Part shown: positions 26,452 to 40,223 of the stretch, one piece after another
How positions within the stretch are numbered: position 1 is the stretch's first letter
Layout of the letters: each line of letters opens with the position of its first letter
Source: the human T2T-CHM13v2.0 reference genome, Homo sapiens
Direction: 5' to 3' (one strand)
Length of the DNA stretch: 64,000 bases
Assembly (NCBI RefSeq): GCF_009914755.1
Contig: NC_060935.1
The notes under the pieces: model-generated
Seen by the model: only the letters and a program-made list of their open reading frames with translations
Databases searched by the model: none
What the model was told of the DNA's origin: nothing
Position numbers and translations under genes: made by a program

Positions 26452-27358
26452 TAAATTTGTGTTTCAGTGATTGTGAAATTCTTATACCTGTTAGGTCTTG
26501 AATAAGTCATGTGAGCTCATTGTGTTAAGTGCTTAAATCAGTTTATATCTTTCTTTCTGTCAGGCGCTCTAACCATTTTTTTGTACATCATCCTGTTCTT
26601 GAGATCTTGTATTTCTTTTTAGTTGATATTTGACTCCCCTAAAGGTAGCATTGCATCAATTTCAGTATGTAACTTCTCCTGTAACTGGTATTGGAAACCA
26701 GTACCAGCCCTAACTCACCGGCCACTTCGAAGAGTACTCATTTATATCCTCCATAATTCAGATGGCTTCCACTTATTCTAAAATACTCTTGTTGTCCTTT
26801 GGAAACTCAGTTTTGCATAATATGTATTTGTGTTTTTGAACTGCTGAAGACAATGAAGTTTAGGATGGTAAAATATATAACTTAGGTAAACGTTTGTTTG
26901 AATGCCAGCCATTTAGAAGCAATCATAACATCTGTGCCTTCACTGAAAATCCTACAAGCAACAGTGTGAGAAATATCTAATGTTCTAAAATAGGGCCATA
27001 GTATGAATTTACAGAGAACAAATGCCATGGAATGAAGAATAAAACTATGCTGTGACTGTAGTTTCATGCTACTCTTTGTGAGACTAACATGCGAAAGTCT
27101 TCCTACCTTGTATTAATAGTTACTCTTAATTTACCATTTTCAAAGTATGGATGCCGTAAATGAGACTTGAAAAGGAAAGCTTGAATCACCTTTATGAAAA
27201 AACATCAAATAAGAAAATAAAATATTGGTCAATGACAGGGTATTGAATTTACAAATACTTTTCTGGTTGTAAAATATGCTGCAATATCCGTGAAATTGTA
27301 AGACTTTGGGAATGAATTTATTTTTGTAGTAGTAATATCTATCATCAATATTAAACAG

Positions 27359-27440
27359 ATGCCATTCAATTAAGATTAGCACTAAACTAGTCCTCAATCA
27401 CATGCCATTCAATTAAGATTAGCACTAAACTAGTCCTCAA
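27359..27440. repeat. Perfect 39-bp direct duplication with a 4-nt spacer
   Basis: atgccattcaattaagattagcactaaactagtcctcaa at 27359-27397 and 27402-27440; spacer tcac. Confidence 0.97.
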
Positions 27441-29784
27441 GCCATGACACTGGGGACATTTGGTAAAAAGTAGCTCACCCATATGTTTTCTATAGTTCTG
27501 CCATTTGAATACATCTTTCAAAGGAACAAAATTACATTTTATGACATACCTTTCCTGCCCCAAGACCTCCATCTTGGAACAGTCATTTACAGAGGCAAAA
27601 GCAGTTAACATTTCTTCTAGGCTTTCTTTCTCTGACATTCTCAATTGGTGCCCTGAGCCTTGTCCCCATTCAAATATGAGTTTTGTGTGATGGCTTCTGA
27701 GCTGGTCATTCAACCCTGGGTCTGGAGAAGGTGAGCACTGTGAAAGAAAAGGCACTTAGATCTCATTCTCTCATGCAGTCAGTTCAAAAATATTCCATTG
27801 TGCACCTACTCTACTCCAGGTACTGCGAGTAAGAAAAAGGAAGTTCTTTTCCATTGACTTTCCGCTAATAAAAGTCAATATTTATGTGTGTAACGACAAA
27901 GTCACCTAACATTCAGTCCTTATACAAAATTGAAGGGATTGGAACAGAAGATAGTCTTGAAATTTCCCAACAGCTCTAAATTTCTGCTTGTGTGTTTCAG
28001 TGACTTTCCTCAAGTGTACCCGTGTATCTATTCTCCACAGCAATAAGCTTTTTCTTCTTCTCATTCTATGCAGTTACCATCTGTTATGAGTGTTCTTGAG
28101 CTTCAAATTGTGGTTTAGATAGTTTGGTTCTGGAAGTTCTCAGATGTCCCTAGGTTATCATCCTCCTTCTTTACCACATAATCCCCTGATCTTTGATCAG
28201 TTACAGTTTTGTTTTTATCACAGAGGCCCAAGAAGATGTCATAGCTCAAGTGCTCTTCATGGGCAGAGCAGAATGAAAGAACAGTTTGGGCCAGGGCTAT
28301 GGAGAGTTAACTTCCCATCCTTAAGGAGCAGAGAAAAGGTCCAGTAGGTATCATGAACACTGATAAATGTACTAATTTATTTTTTATTTATTTCAGTTAA
28401 CATATAGCATGATATTAGTTATCTGTGATAAGGGACCTTTTAATCTGAAACAGGAGATCAGCAAAGTGAATTAAAAATTAAAGACAAATGTTGCTTTGTT
28501 TTGTCAACCCTTAGAATGTACTGTAAGGTCAAGTAGATTACATCTGTAAGGACATACTAGGTTTTGAATTGCTAGGAAATTGAAGGTGCAAGGACTTTTG
28601 CTTTGTTAGCTCTGTGGAAGACTATTCTTTTTCCTTTCCTCATGGCTGTTTGAATTCTGTTGAGATTAATAGCTTTTGTGCTGCTAAACTGCCTTATGGA
28701 AACTTTTTTAAGGTTTCAATAAAAGCTTTATCCCTGAACAGTTTACAGAGGGGAAAAAAAAAGGTTTAGACTTAACTTTTGATTGAATATATTAAGTTGA
28801 TTAAGTTAGTCTGTCTTCTGCTTCTACCCTCACCCATGAAGGCCAAGTATCATTAATGTTATAGAATTCTAATTCTCATATTACAGAATTTGGTAGTAGT
28901 TGTATTCTGGGTATCCCTCTGCTTCTCTCTACAATGGAGGAGATACAGGGCTGGGGTAGGGCTTGGGACTGGGAAAGTGTTCACAAATGTAGCTTATGTA
29001 AGCTAATCAACTCTAACCCTAATAGAAACCATCAGAGAAGGTACTTGAGCAATCCTGGTACAAACCAGTAACTAGCAAGCCATCAATCAATAAGCATGTA
29101 TTGGCTGCCTGCTCTGGGCCAAGCATTGAGCCCAAATCAGCAATCGTTATTTCTCCTGTTTAGGATACTTATCCTCCTCTCCTTGCTGTTGCCCCAGAAG
29201 TACCTTGTCCTCCACTGAAGGAGAATTATCATTAATTATCAGCCTTTTTAATGGTGCAATTTGATTTAGTAATAACCCTTTCCATCGACATTTGAACATG
29301 AAAGAGTTCCCGGGTGTTTTTGATTTTTTTGTTTTTTGTTTTGTTTTTGGATGTTAAGAGGACACGTTTTAGTTGAATTCTCATGAGCACTGATGCATTA
29401 AGTATAGTAACCCCTTCTTGGCTTTGGAAAACTGGTCATTTTCCATTACAGAATGTGTTTGCCACTGACTTCCCTCAGAAATGACAATCCTTGTGACTAC
29501 TTCATCCACAGTCATTGGAAGACAAACTATTTTAGCCATCTTGTCCTCTTCTCAGACCTCAGAAGAAATTGCTGGGTGCTCAAGTGAAGGCGCTGTCTAT
29601 AGTTGATGGTTGTTTGCAAAGCAACCATCAACAGGCACTGCCACTGCTGCTCTTTGCTGCCTTTGTTATGTGAATTGATAAGTCAGTAGTCAAAAGGGAC
29701 ATATTCCAGTTAAGGGAGGAAAAGTTCATTGTGTGGGATTGCCTTTATTTCAGTGAGTTTTGCCACAGTGAATTAAGTTATACA

Positions 29785-30170
29785 CAACTAAATCAGAACT
29801 GGCCAGGTTATGCTTAGTAATAGATGATCCTCAAGTCTCAGAGGCTGATGACAATATAGGTTCATTTCTTCTTTATAGTACATGTCCATATAGGTCAGCA
29901 GTGACTCTCAACATAGTTTTCACTCTGGAACTTGAGTTGATAGAGAAGCCTCCCTTTGTATCATTGCTGATCCTGTGACAAAGGAAAAAGAAAATTGCAA
30001 GCCACATACTGGCTCTTAGTGGCTGCTGGGTAAAGACACATGTCACTTCTGTTCATATTTCATTGTTAATGTGTATCACATGACCAAGCCTGGCTTCAAG
30101 GGTGCTGAGAAATCTTCTTGCAGGGAGGGACAACAGATAATGGGTAAACAGTAATTTCAGTCTGCTATAG
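29785..30170 (-). mobile_element. MLT1 (MLT1K/L-like) solo LTR
   Basis: gacacatgtcacttctgttcatatttcattg…cacatgaccaagcctggcttcaaggg is typical of MLT1. Confidence 0.7.
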
Positions 30171-30504
30171 TCTGTTTAGCTCTAGTGAGAGGATATGTTT
30201 TTTCATTGTATTTATTGGAGTATAATGAGCACATAGGGACATTTCTTAATATCCAACTTACTATTTTTTCAGTGACTAGGTTCACAGGGCCTGCCTGGTT
30301 TATGCCTGATCTATGTCTGTTTGAAGAAACAGATCATTGCTCTATCCATGAATATTTTAAAAATAAGTGACAAAGTGATATATGCCTGTTCAAAAAACAA
30401 CACTTGTGGCTGACAGTCCCTCAAGCCCCAGTGATTTTAGCCCTGCGGGAAGGATGCCTTATTCACGAAATTTACATATGTAGAGATTTGCATTCTTCTC
30501 TAGT

Positions 30505-30710
30505 CAATAATAATGATAATGATAAGAGCCAATACTCTAAAGCACTTACTATATTCTAAGCATACACTATTCTAGGAGCTTTGCAAATGTTAACTTACTT
30601 CATCTTTAAACAGTGCTATGAAGAAGATACTATTATCTTTATTTTGTAGGAGAGGAAACTGAGGCACAGAGATCAAAACCATGCCTAGTAACAGAGCTAA
30701 TAAGTGGAAG
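30505..30710 (-). mobile_element. MIR
   Basis: attttgtaggagaggaaactgaggcacagaga core. Confidence 0.8.
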
Positions 30711-32023
30711 AGTAACTACTGCCCCTCTCATCTAATTAGAACTAATGACTGGCTTCTTTTATAATTTCTTCTTATGTTTTCCTTCATATAGCAGTGACGT
30801 GTAGACAGGAGCAAATAGGAAAAAAAAACCTAGCAATGAATTCGTCTTGTTCCATTGTTAGGCACTCTTCCGTTTGTCTTCATCTTACTACAACTGTTTA
30901 ACTTAGGTATTGTTACTTCCCTCATTTTATAAATGAAGGAACTTGTTTATAAAATAATAGGCACATTTCCCCTACCTCAGACATACAGCAGTGATACTAG
31001 AGCTGAGAATTGGCCTTAGGTTTTCCTGGCTTTAAACAAAGCTGGGCACTAACTCTGCACCATGAAACTACTCTTTCAGTCAAAGCAAAGGATGGTCAAA
31101 GGAAACAAAAATTCATGGTTATTTTTGCCAACACAGTATATTCTTCCACATCTCTGAATTGATTGATAATGTTGTATTTACTCACATGACGGGAGCTAAG
31201 TACAGGATCCATGGAATATGTCAGAACGGCAGCATCCGTAGAGTAACCCTGCAGTTAGACTGACTCTCAGTAAGATGTCATTCTACATGATGAGCTTGTG
31301 ATATCAGTTTATTAGAAAAGACTGGAATATTGCTGCCAAATATCCCAGTATACTTTGAGGTACAGCCTGGTTATTACTTATTTTTCTCAAAATGAATACT
31401 TAAGAGAGAAATTCTGTTTTATGTCACAACTATCTTCATTCTTTTTTGTTGAAAGGAAGTTCTATTGAAATTTTTTTAAATGGTTGTCTTTTTCTCTTAA
31501 TATATCTTTTTATTGAAAAGTAGAACAATGTGACCTCTAGTACCAAACATTTTAAATGTCAGGAACTTGCAGTTTTAGTTGATATAAAAATGCTAGTGTC
31601 TTGCTTTTACCTAGGGTTACATTTTTTTTGTCTCAGTTTTTGTTGTCCTTAAAACTGAAAATTAAATGATTCCTCACTTTTCCATCTTACCTGTCTCCTA
31701 TATTCAAAAAGTATTTTAAAATGTCTGAATGCTTAGTGTTATGCTGGGCATTTTGGGGTTATTGGAAGCAAGCAATCTCTCTTTGGTGTCCAAGAAAAGC
31801 TTCACTCTCATGTAGGTAGGTCATTAGCTGCACTCTGATGAGATGCCATGGCCATTCATTTTTGTGTGTTGAGTTCACTGAAAGTATTCACTGAGTTCTG
31901 TTCTTTTGACCTAGGACACTGGGGACAAAGAAATAAATGAGCCACTTCCCATGGATGGCAATACTTATTTTAGTTTTGACATTTTTATTTCTAGAGTTTT
32001 GAAGTTCTTTTTAGAGTACTAAA

Positions 32024-32064
32024 CACATACACACACACATATATATACACACATATATATATAT
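32024..32064. repeat. (CA)n/(TA)n microsatellite
   Basis: Read directly from the sequence. Confidence 0.85.
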
Positions 32065-32869
32065 TTTTCAAAATGTCAAATAATCCCAAAATGCCTAGTG
32101 AATTAAAAATGACAATTTCTAACTTTTGCCCTCTTTCTCCTTACCAGTAGTTTGCATATATATATTTGTGGAGTTTTTTCTTAGGAAAATAGAAACAGTC
32201 ATACATACCCTCAAATTTTTACATTTTGAGAAAATAGGCCTTATTGTCCTGTCGATTACTTTTGTCACCTAACAACACATAATAAATACCTCTTCACAGT
32301 AGTACCTCTAGTTCCATTGTTAGGCACAGATTTTTCACGCCTTTCTGTCAATCAATTCAGTTCCATTGGCTTGCTGTGCCTAGAATTTTTTTCAGTTTTT
32401 AGTTTGTTGCTGTTACCCTTTCTTGATTTTTATCATAATTTTTTGATATATATTTTTTTGTCTGGGGATCTATTTTGAGTTACAAGAATGTGTTTAATCT
32501 ACTGTCTTTAAATGGAAGTTAGTTTTAAATTTGTATTGGTTTGAATTCTCCTCATTTATTATTTGGGAATATTTTAGAAATCATGTCACTACCACATGTG
32601 ATGAAAATTTGTATCATAGTTCAAAAAATTTTCAGTTTCTCCTCTGGGTGTTAGTTGGTATTTTTTAAATAAATGCTTTCTCTTTAAATAAGTAATTTAA
32701 TTTGACCTCGCCCCAAAACCCTTTAAAAAAATTAGAATTGATCCAAAGAAAATCTAGCCAAAAAACAATGAAAATAAATTGCAATTTCATAATCCTAGGA
32801 CCTTTTGGGGATGTTTAGTGACTGACAATGCATGTTTTGAATTATTTTAAATATGGTAGCAAAATGAAA

Positions 32870-33070
32870 AATAGAACATGGAGCGTAGAATCAGACCCGA
32901 GTTTGAATCCTGACTCTAGAGCTTAAAACTGAGAGCAGTGGAGGTTTTCAGCAACCCAGGGAATCACCTTAAGACTGCAGAGCCTTTTCTTTACCTCATA
33001 ATGTTTTGAGAATCGCGGGAAAGGATATGTGAAAGGCTTTATAATAAAAGTTTCAATACATAATAAGGAT
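32870..33070 (+). mobile_element. MIR
   Basis: agaatcagacccgagtttgaatcctgactct…tacctcata…tgtgaaaggcttt. Confidence 0.6.
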
Positions 33071-33391
33071 TTATTCTTACTGCATTTGCTCCTATCATCT
33101 GAAAGAAAACACGTAGTAAAGGAGTAATGCTATTTTTAGGAAAAGTGGATGAGATCATTGTAATATACTTTCTGTGAAGGATCTTAGCAGGTTGATACAA
33201 TAGCTGTGAGGGTGAAGCTCCCTCCTCTACTTCTACCCCAAAATAAAAAGTCAGCCTCTAACCAAAATATTTGGAAGACTCAGAAAAAACCTCTCTACTG
33301 TTGAGTCATAAAGGCCCAGTGAACAGAGCCAACTGAAGGGGGAATGTGAGTTCAGCATAAACACCTAATGCGATTTCTCTCTTATTTTCAG

Positions 33392-33454
33392 TGTATTTGA
33401 ATGAAGCAGGGTTCAACTTTGTGAGAAAATGCATTCAAGCTGTGGAAACAAGAG
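33392..33454 (+). CDS. ARHGAP42: ARHGAP42 exon ~13 (63 nt), RhoGAP start: (M)[20 protein letters not shown]
   Basis: Acceptor tttcag|TG and donor GAG|gtcagt. Confidence 0.96.
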
Positions 33455-34425
33455 GTCAGTGTTGCCTGATCGGTACAGCATCCCTGTCATGTGTCTCATT
33501 CTTACATGGAAAACTCTCAGAGTAGATAAATCATTGAAGATGTATTTGGTCATTAACGTGGATTAATTTTAAGAGTAATATAAATGTATGTATCAGTATA
33601 CAAATAGCTATACCTTGAGCTTCAGTTTACTAAAAATCATGCTTTAGGCATACTTCTTTTTTAGATTTTTTTCTAATACAGCCTCACTATACTTCTTATT
33701 GAGAAGCCCTGCATTATTTATTACTGCAAGCACCTCTTTGATTTTTTTTTTTTTCCAAGCATTAAGGAGGTAAGATTCTTAAGGAGCTTGTCTTCACTCC
33801 CTTCCTTACTTATATTCTTTCTTTTACTGATTTGTCACTGCCACAGTTTTGGTACCTTTCTTCATTTTAATCATGACCTCTGTCTTGAAGTCCACTCCAG
33901 TTAAACGTTAAACTCACTTCCAGGAAAATTTGGCTAAAGCAAAATTCATATTGGGTTTTGGAGTTCCATAAACTTATATTTAAATTTTAAGTGCTGCCAC
34001 TTCAACATTCTGAGAAGTAGTTTCCTTGAATTCTCTGAATCTGTTTCCTCATCTCTAAAATGAAGATATAAATGCCATAGGACTTTTCAACATGCAGGAG
34101 GACTCCATGACTCTGAAGAAATAGAATATGAGTAATATCGATCATCCCTTCCCATCTCCATTGCTTTTTTATATTCAAATAATGGTGAATAGGCAGCTAC
34201 ACTTTGCTACTTTGAAGATCTTCAAAGACTTTCAAATCACTGTTCAGTGTCTGCTCTGAGAAATAGAAGTCTGATGGGTATTTCCAGGATAGCTTTGCTA
34301 AAGTTAGACTGTGAAATTGGATAAGTAGCTTTCAAATTTTGTTAGGCATATGTCTGAGTTTTTAACATTCTGTACTTGCCAAGCTGTATCTCAAGCCGTT
34401 TTCTTGTGATTTTCCTTCCTATTAG

Positions 34426-34500
34426 GTATCACCATTTTAGGACTCTACCGAATAGGAGGAGTGAACTCCAAAGTTCAAAAACTCATGAATACCACATTTT
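34426..34500 (+). CDS. ARHGAP42: ARHGAP42 exon ~14 (75 nt), RhoGAP arginine finger: (G)[24 protein letters not shown]
   Basis: Acceptor attag|GT and donor TTT|gtaagt; GLYR motif, with the Arg at residue 417 under the inferred numbering. Confidence 0.97.
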
Positions 34501-34749
34501 GTAAGTTTTGGATGAAGCAACTTACATAATTTTTGTGTTCTTATAGGTAATCTAAAGTATGGACTTCTTTGACTAGTGCTTGTCTTTGAATATTTTCAAA
34601 TAATATTTAAAGTTCATATATGTATTCAGTTTTTAATGTTCATTTATAATAGATGAACGATGAGAATTTGAGGGGGCATTTTTATAATACTGTATTTTTT
34701 TTCCCCAAGTGTCCTTTGGTAAGCTAGAGATACAATAAGATGCATGGAT

Positions 34750-34970
34750 GCTAGCTGGAGTCATTTGGAATCCTAGCTCAGCCACTTACAGGTTTTGTGA
34801 CCTTGAGTAATTTGCTTAACGTCTTTGTGTCTCAGCCTCCTCATTTATAAAAATAGGGATAATAATGGTACCTGCCTCTTAAGAGTTGTGAGGATTGACT
34901 ATGTTAATCTCCGTAAAGCACTTAGAAGCATGCTAGGCACATGGTAAGTGCTCTGTCATGTTAACAATTA
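34750..34970 (+). mobile_element. MIR
   Basis: aatcctagctcagccactta…gtgaccttgagtaa…ctcatttataaaatagggataataatggtacct…gtaaagcacttaga. Confidence 0.88.
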
Positions 34971-35194
34971 GCAATAATTTCATTTGGGAGACTTATTTCA
35001 TAAGATATATCTTTGAGGTTTAGTGTCAGCTTTTTATCAATTCACGCAAACAACAGTACTAATGTTAACTCTTGGCATTCTAAGAAATGAATACCTCTCT
35101 CTTTTGACCTACTTACGTTTGTGCCCATTTTTCATAATTGCATAAGAAATATTTTGAACTGCACAATTTAAACACCTTGTTTTATTCTTTCCAG

Positions 35195-35279
35195 CTCCTA
35201 AATCCCCTCCTGATATTGATATTGATATTGAACTGTGGGACAATAAGACGATAACAAGTGGGCTGAAAAACTACCTCAG
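35195..35279 (+). CDS. ARHGAP42: ARHGAP42 exon ~15 (85 nt): (S)[27 protein letters not shown](R)
   Basis: Acceptor ttccag|CT and donor CAG|gtgagg; RhoGAP LKxYLR motif. Confidence 0.96.
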
Positions 35280-35919
35280 GTGAGGAGGGTTTAACTCCTG
35301 GTACTCTGGATGTAATCTCTGACTCACCCCTTGAGTAGTAACCACGTGATTTCTTGGAGCCTGTGTCCAGAAGCTTCACTCAGTAGCTCAGTTCCCTTAC
35401 ATAAGGTGAAATAGCATGACATGGTAACATTTACATTTAGTGTTCTGGAACTTGTACTTGATTTTTTCAATAATAATTTAAAAGGCTATATAATATTTTG
35501 AGTACTGAATTAGTATTTGTTGTCCCATATGTATATGGGATTTTTATGTACTTTTTTAAATAACAAATTGGAATGGAAAGTTGTGTTGTTTTTGTTTTGT
35601 TTTTTAACTATTGTTCCCATATTTGTTCCTCTGGTAAGGTAATTCTGATATTGGGAGACTCCCAGTCTCCCCTCTTAATACAGTCATGGAAAGAAGTACA
35701 TTGGTGTCTTCGAGGTCTGCGTTTCAGGTCTCTCTGTGGCCCCACTACTGGAACTTTATCATACTGCCAAATCACCCAATTCTTTTATTTACTTATTTAT
35801 GTGTTATTTTATTTTTAATTGATGAATAACAGTCACCTAATTCTTAAAGAAACACTTAACGTTTAGGGGAGAATAAAAGATTCTACTATTCTAACATGTG
35901 TTTCCTTTCTCTGTTGTAG

Positions 35920-35978
35920 GTGCCTTGCAGAACCACTGATGACTTACAAGTTGCACAAAGATTTTATCATTGCTGTTA
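35920..35978 (+). CDS. ARHGAP42: ARHGAP42 exon ~16 (59 nt): [19 protein letters not shown]
   Basis: Acceptor ttgtag|G and donor TTA|gtaagt; LxEPL motif. Confidence 0.96.
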
Positions 35979-36105
35979 GTAAGTATACTTGCATCATATA
36001 CACATTATAATTGATGTAGTTTTATGCTGCCATACTTAGGCATATATTACTAGTATCAGCTAGTGAAGATTTTTTTCAAGTATTGCTTAAAAAGTTGTTA
36101 ATCTG

Positions 36106-36402
<297 letters not shown>

Positions 36403-38426
36403 AAAAAGTTGTTAATCTGATATTTAGTAATTTATAATGTGTTTTAGAAGCCAATAAGAAATTGCAGAATTAACTGAAATATTTTGACACTTAGTGAGAC
36501 CTCATTGGGTAAGTGTGGTGATTATAAAGAACCATGAGGAATTATTATTCTAATTTCATTTTATTTGAATGACAAATACCAGTTTCTTTTAAGAGCAACT
36601 AAGCAGGACTCTAAATACGTACAGACGATTATGTCCCTGCACATGCTCATGTGCTGTATTCCTCAATCTGGAGATGAGTCAAATATTTTTGGCAGACAGC
36701 AGGTGCTTCCATCAATCCCCTCTCCCTCATATTTTATTTGCAATGATCACATTTATGTCATTTGTTTAGATCTGTGATTGCCGTCATATGATATGAATAG
36801 ATAGATCAATTTAAAATATTAGCAGGAAGAGTTGACATATGTTATCTGAGAAGTTAGTAACGTGTATTTGTAAACCATTGAGACTGAAGTGCCAGGTACC
36901 ATCTGAGCCCATCACAACAACCTGTAACAATTAAGAGCTGGCATTTCATTGTTAAGATGTATGAGGTGTGACTACAACCAGATTATTTTTCACAATCCAA
37001 GAAATAAATTAGTTGCTTTAGTTTATTTGCACACATTGTAATGTCACAGGAAATGTGTGCTGATAAAAGTGTCAGATAAAGTTGAATGACCTCGGTTTTC
37101 AATCCAGCATTTATGACTAACCACATGATCTCATATAAATCTACACTATTTAGTTTTCTCTTGAAGCTCTCCACTCTACCTCCTCTTCATAGAAATCTTT
37201 GTAAGACATACAGGACCAGAAAAAATATATAATCTGACCTCTCATTCTATGAACTAGGAAATCAGGACACAAAGTGGGCAAGTAACATGTACAATGACCC
37301 TAATAAATTCATGGCAAAATCAGGGCTGCAAGCCTGTTTTTTGTTCTTTTTACTCTTAACCCAGAACCCTTTCTTACAGAAATTTTGCTTTATAACAAAA
37401 GAAATTTGAGCTACTTGGCTAAAATGGCTCAATGAGCTTATTGTTTTAGTCAAGCTTTTGGTCACAAGTTTTTTCTCCATTTGCTTCTGTGGCAAATGAT
37501 GATTATATTATTATAATAATATTCATGACTATGATATTTAAAATATCTTATATATCTTATATATAAGAACTCATCTTTTGTCTGGACCTAACATAGCCAT
37601 ATTTACTAGATGTGAAGTTAAGAAAATTAGGTTATTTGGTTTCAAGCAGCAAAAGTCCAGCTCAGTATAAAGGGGAAGTTATTCAGATCCTAAGAGATAT
37701 TTCAGTGAATTCCTTGGCAGAACAGAGGTCAGGGTTTCCATGAGCCTGCAACCAGGAACTGCCAAGTTGGGATTTGACATTTCTCTACTCACTCTTTCTG
37801 GAGGATCTCTCATCTTTGTTCTCTACTGTATTTCTATCATTCTCACTTTCCTTCCCAGTCAGATTTTCTTGGAGTAGATTTGGTCACTTCAGCCCTGATT
37901 TTACATTATCTGCCTTTTCACATATGCGGAAAGATCAGATTTTTGATGTCTCCATTCCAATTGCTAGGTTAGACCTCATGTTTACCCTGAGCCAGGCTCT
38001 TTCCTCACTCCATGTCTAAATAACTGCGCCCAGATGAAATGGTAGTCCCATAATGTGAATCCTATGAGTCAAGGTACTTTCTGGAGAAAGAATTTGGTAT
38101 AGTGGGCAATCATCCCAGAATTTATTTGCTGCAGTAAGAGAATGTTAAGTGAAGCTTTCTTGTTCTGAAATGTTAGACATTTCTCCAGCAGACATGTCAA
38201 CATCTTAGCTTTGACTTGGCAGACGACACTTGCCATAAATGAGTTCTTACATTTTACATTTACCGTTGTCATTATGGGCTAAAAATCTGTTGGGCTTGTG
38301 TTTATGTAATAATGCTAACATTTCAGAACAGCCCTTCTGTATTGTCTTTATATTTGTAAGATAAGGAGAGGAATCTGGGGCTTCATCTGGTCACACTGGG
38401 TTGAATCTCTAGGAGCTCTCTATGGG

Positions 38427-38782
38427 TGTATTGCCACACTGCTATGAAGAAATATCCAAGACTCAGTGATTTATAAGAAAAAGAGGTTTAATTGACTCAC
38501 AGTTCCGCAGGGCTGGGAAGGACTCGGGAAACTTACAATCATGGTGGAAGGTGCCTCCTCACATGGCAGCAGGAGAGAGAAGTGCTGAGGAAAGGGGGAA
38601 AAGCCCCGTATAAAACCATCAGATCTTGTGAGAACTCACTCACTATCAAGAGAACAGCATAGGGTAACCGCCCAATGATTCCATTACCTCACCTCCCACT
38701 GGGTCCCTCCCACAACACTTGGGGATTATGGGAACTACAATTCAAGATGAGATTTGGGTGGGGACACAGCCAAACCATATCA
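38427..38782 (-). mobile_element. THE1 (THE1B/C-like) solo LTR
   Basis: Ends …gggacacagccaaaccatatca; TG…CA termini; perfect 5-bp TSD atggg (38422-38426 / 38783-38787). Confidence 0.93.
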
Positions 38783-38924
38783 ATGGGCTAATACGTACTC
38801 TAATGACTGGCACATTAGGCAGTCTATAGCAATTGCTGTGATCATTCACATTTCTAAAGGTTTGATTCTGTCTTCAGGTAGTAAAACCCAAGCAGGTGAT
38901 GAGTTTTGGCTGTATCAAAGTATA

Positions 38925-39115
38925 CAGTTCAGTGGCTAAGAGCATCTGTGTGGAATCAGTAGAACTGGGCTTCTTTGGCTTCTCTACTTCCTAACTTCAT
39001 GACCATGGGCAAGTTACTCAACTTCTGCAAGCCATAGGGAATGATAATGACAGTACTACATGAAGCAATGCCTATGAGGCATGAGGGGTAGGAGTGGTAA
39101 TTGTGATTAGATTAC
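38925..39115 (+). mobile_element. MIR
   Basis: cagtggctaagagca…gaccatgggcaagttactcaacttct. Confidence 0.7.
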
Positions 39116-39181
39116 TAATGTTTACATACCCAATTGAATGGAATTAAAACTTGAGCATTTGCAATCTTTTTTATGTAACAG

Positions 39182-39287
39182 AATCTGATGATCAAAACTA
39201 CAGGGTGGAGGCTGTACATGCATTGGTGCACAAATTGCCGGAGAAAAACAGAGAGATGCTGGACATCTTAATAAAGCATCTGGTCAA
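39182..39287 (+). CDS. ARHGAP42: ARHGAP42 exon ~17 (106 nt): (K)[34 protein letters not shown](K)
   Basis: Acceptor taacag|AA and donor CAA|gtaatt; LPxxN…HL motif. Confidence 0.96.
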
Positions 39288-39791
39288 GTAATTCTCTAAC
39301 TTACATTGTTCATTTAACTTATTGTTCATTGTTAAGTTTGTTCATGTCTTTTTAAAGTGTGTGATGATGTTATAACATTGGTATTATAATTAGAGTCCAT
39401 TGAATTTGCTTAAAAAATAGTATGGCAGTTTGTTTTTAAGATATTTCTATGTAAGTGTGTGTACCTGTATATGTTTATTTGCATATAATTATGCAAATAA
39501 TTATATCCTTTGCAATTGTTAAACTAATGATGAAACAATTAGATGTGTCAACTTAAAAATGAAGGAGTATATAGTTTTTTTTCCTCCCAATTCTTTTAGG
39601 TGCATTATAAGCAATGAGTTTGAAGACCAGTGCTCTATACTACTAAAGTCAACAGGTTCCCCTAGGTCAAACTAACACTTAACTGTTAGATTCCCTCCAT
39701 GTATTCATGATTTCACTTGATCTCTGGAGATTTTTCTAACTTTGCTGCTAGTTTATTCATATATTTACCATCTCTCTTTGTAGATAAATAC

Positions 39792-40223
39792 TGTATTAGC
39801 CAGAGCTATCTGCAGAAACAAAAGCAATAGTGTGTGTGTACATATATTTAATATATATATAAAGAGATAGAGATTGGTTGATTTTAAGGAATTGGTTCAC
39901 TTGATTATGGAAGCTAATAAGTCTGAAATCTGCAGGGCAGGCTGGCAGGGAAGAGTTGATGTTGAAGCTTGAATCCAAAGGCAATCTTGAGACAGAATTC
40001 CTTCTTACTCTGGGAACTCAGTTTTTTTTCTTTTAAGATCTTCAACTGATTGGATGAGGCCCACCTACATTTTGGAGGGTAATCTACTCTACTTAAAGAC
40101 TACTCATTTAAATGATGATGTCATCTGAACAAAATACCTTAATAGAAACATCTAGGATAATCTTCAACCAAATATCTGGGTATCATAGCCTAGCCAAGTT
40201 GACATGTAAAATTAATCATTATA
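39792..40223 (-). mobile_element. MLT2 (MLT2D-like) solo LTR
   Basis: …gcctagccaagttgacatgtaaaattaatcat end; cttcaactgattggatgaggcccacc; near-TSD aatac/aatat. Confidence 0.88.

Noticed and set aside
27359-27440. CRISPR-like repeat-spacer-repeat
   Set aside because: Only two copies with a 4-nt spacer, no cas genes, and a primate intron context.
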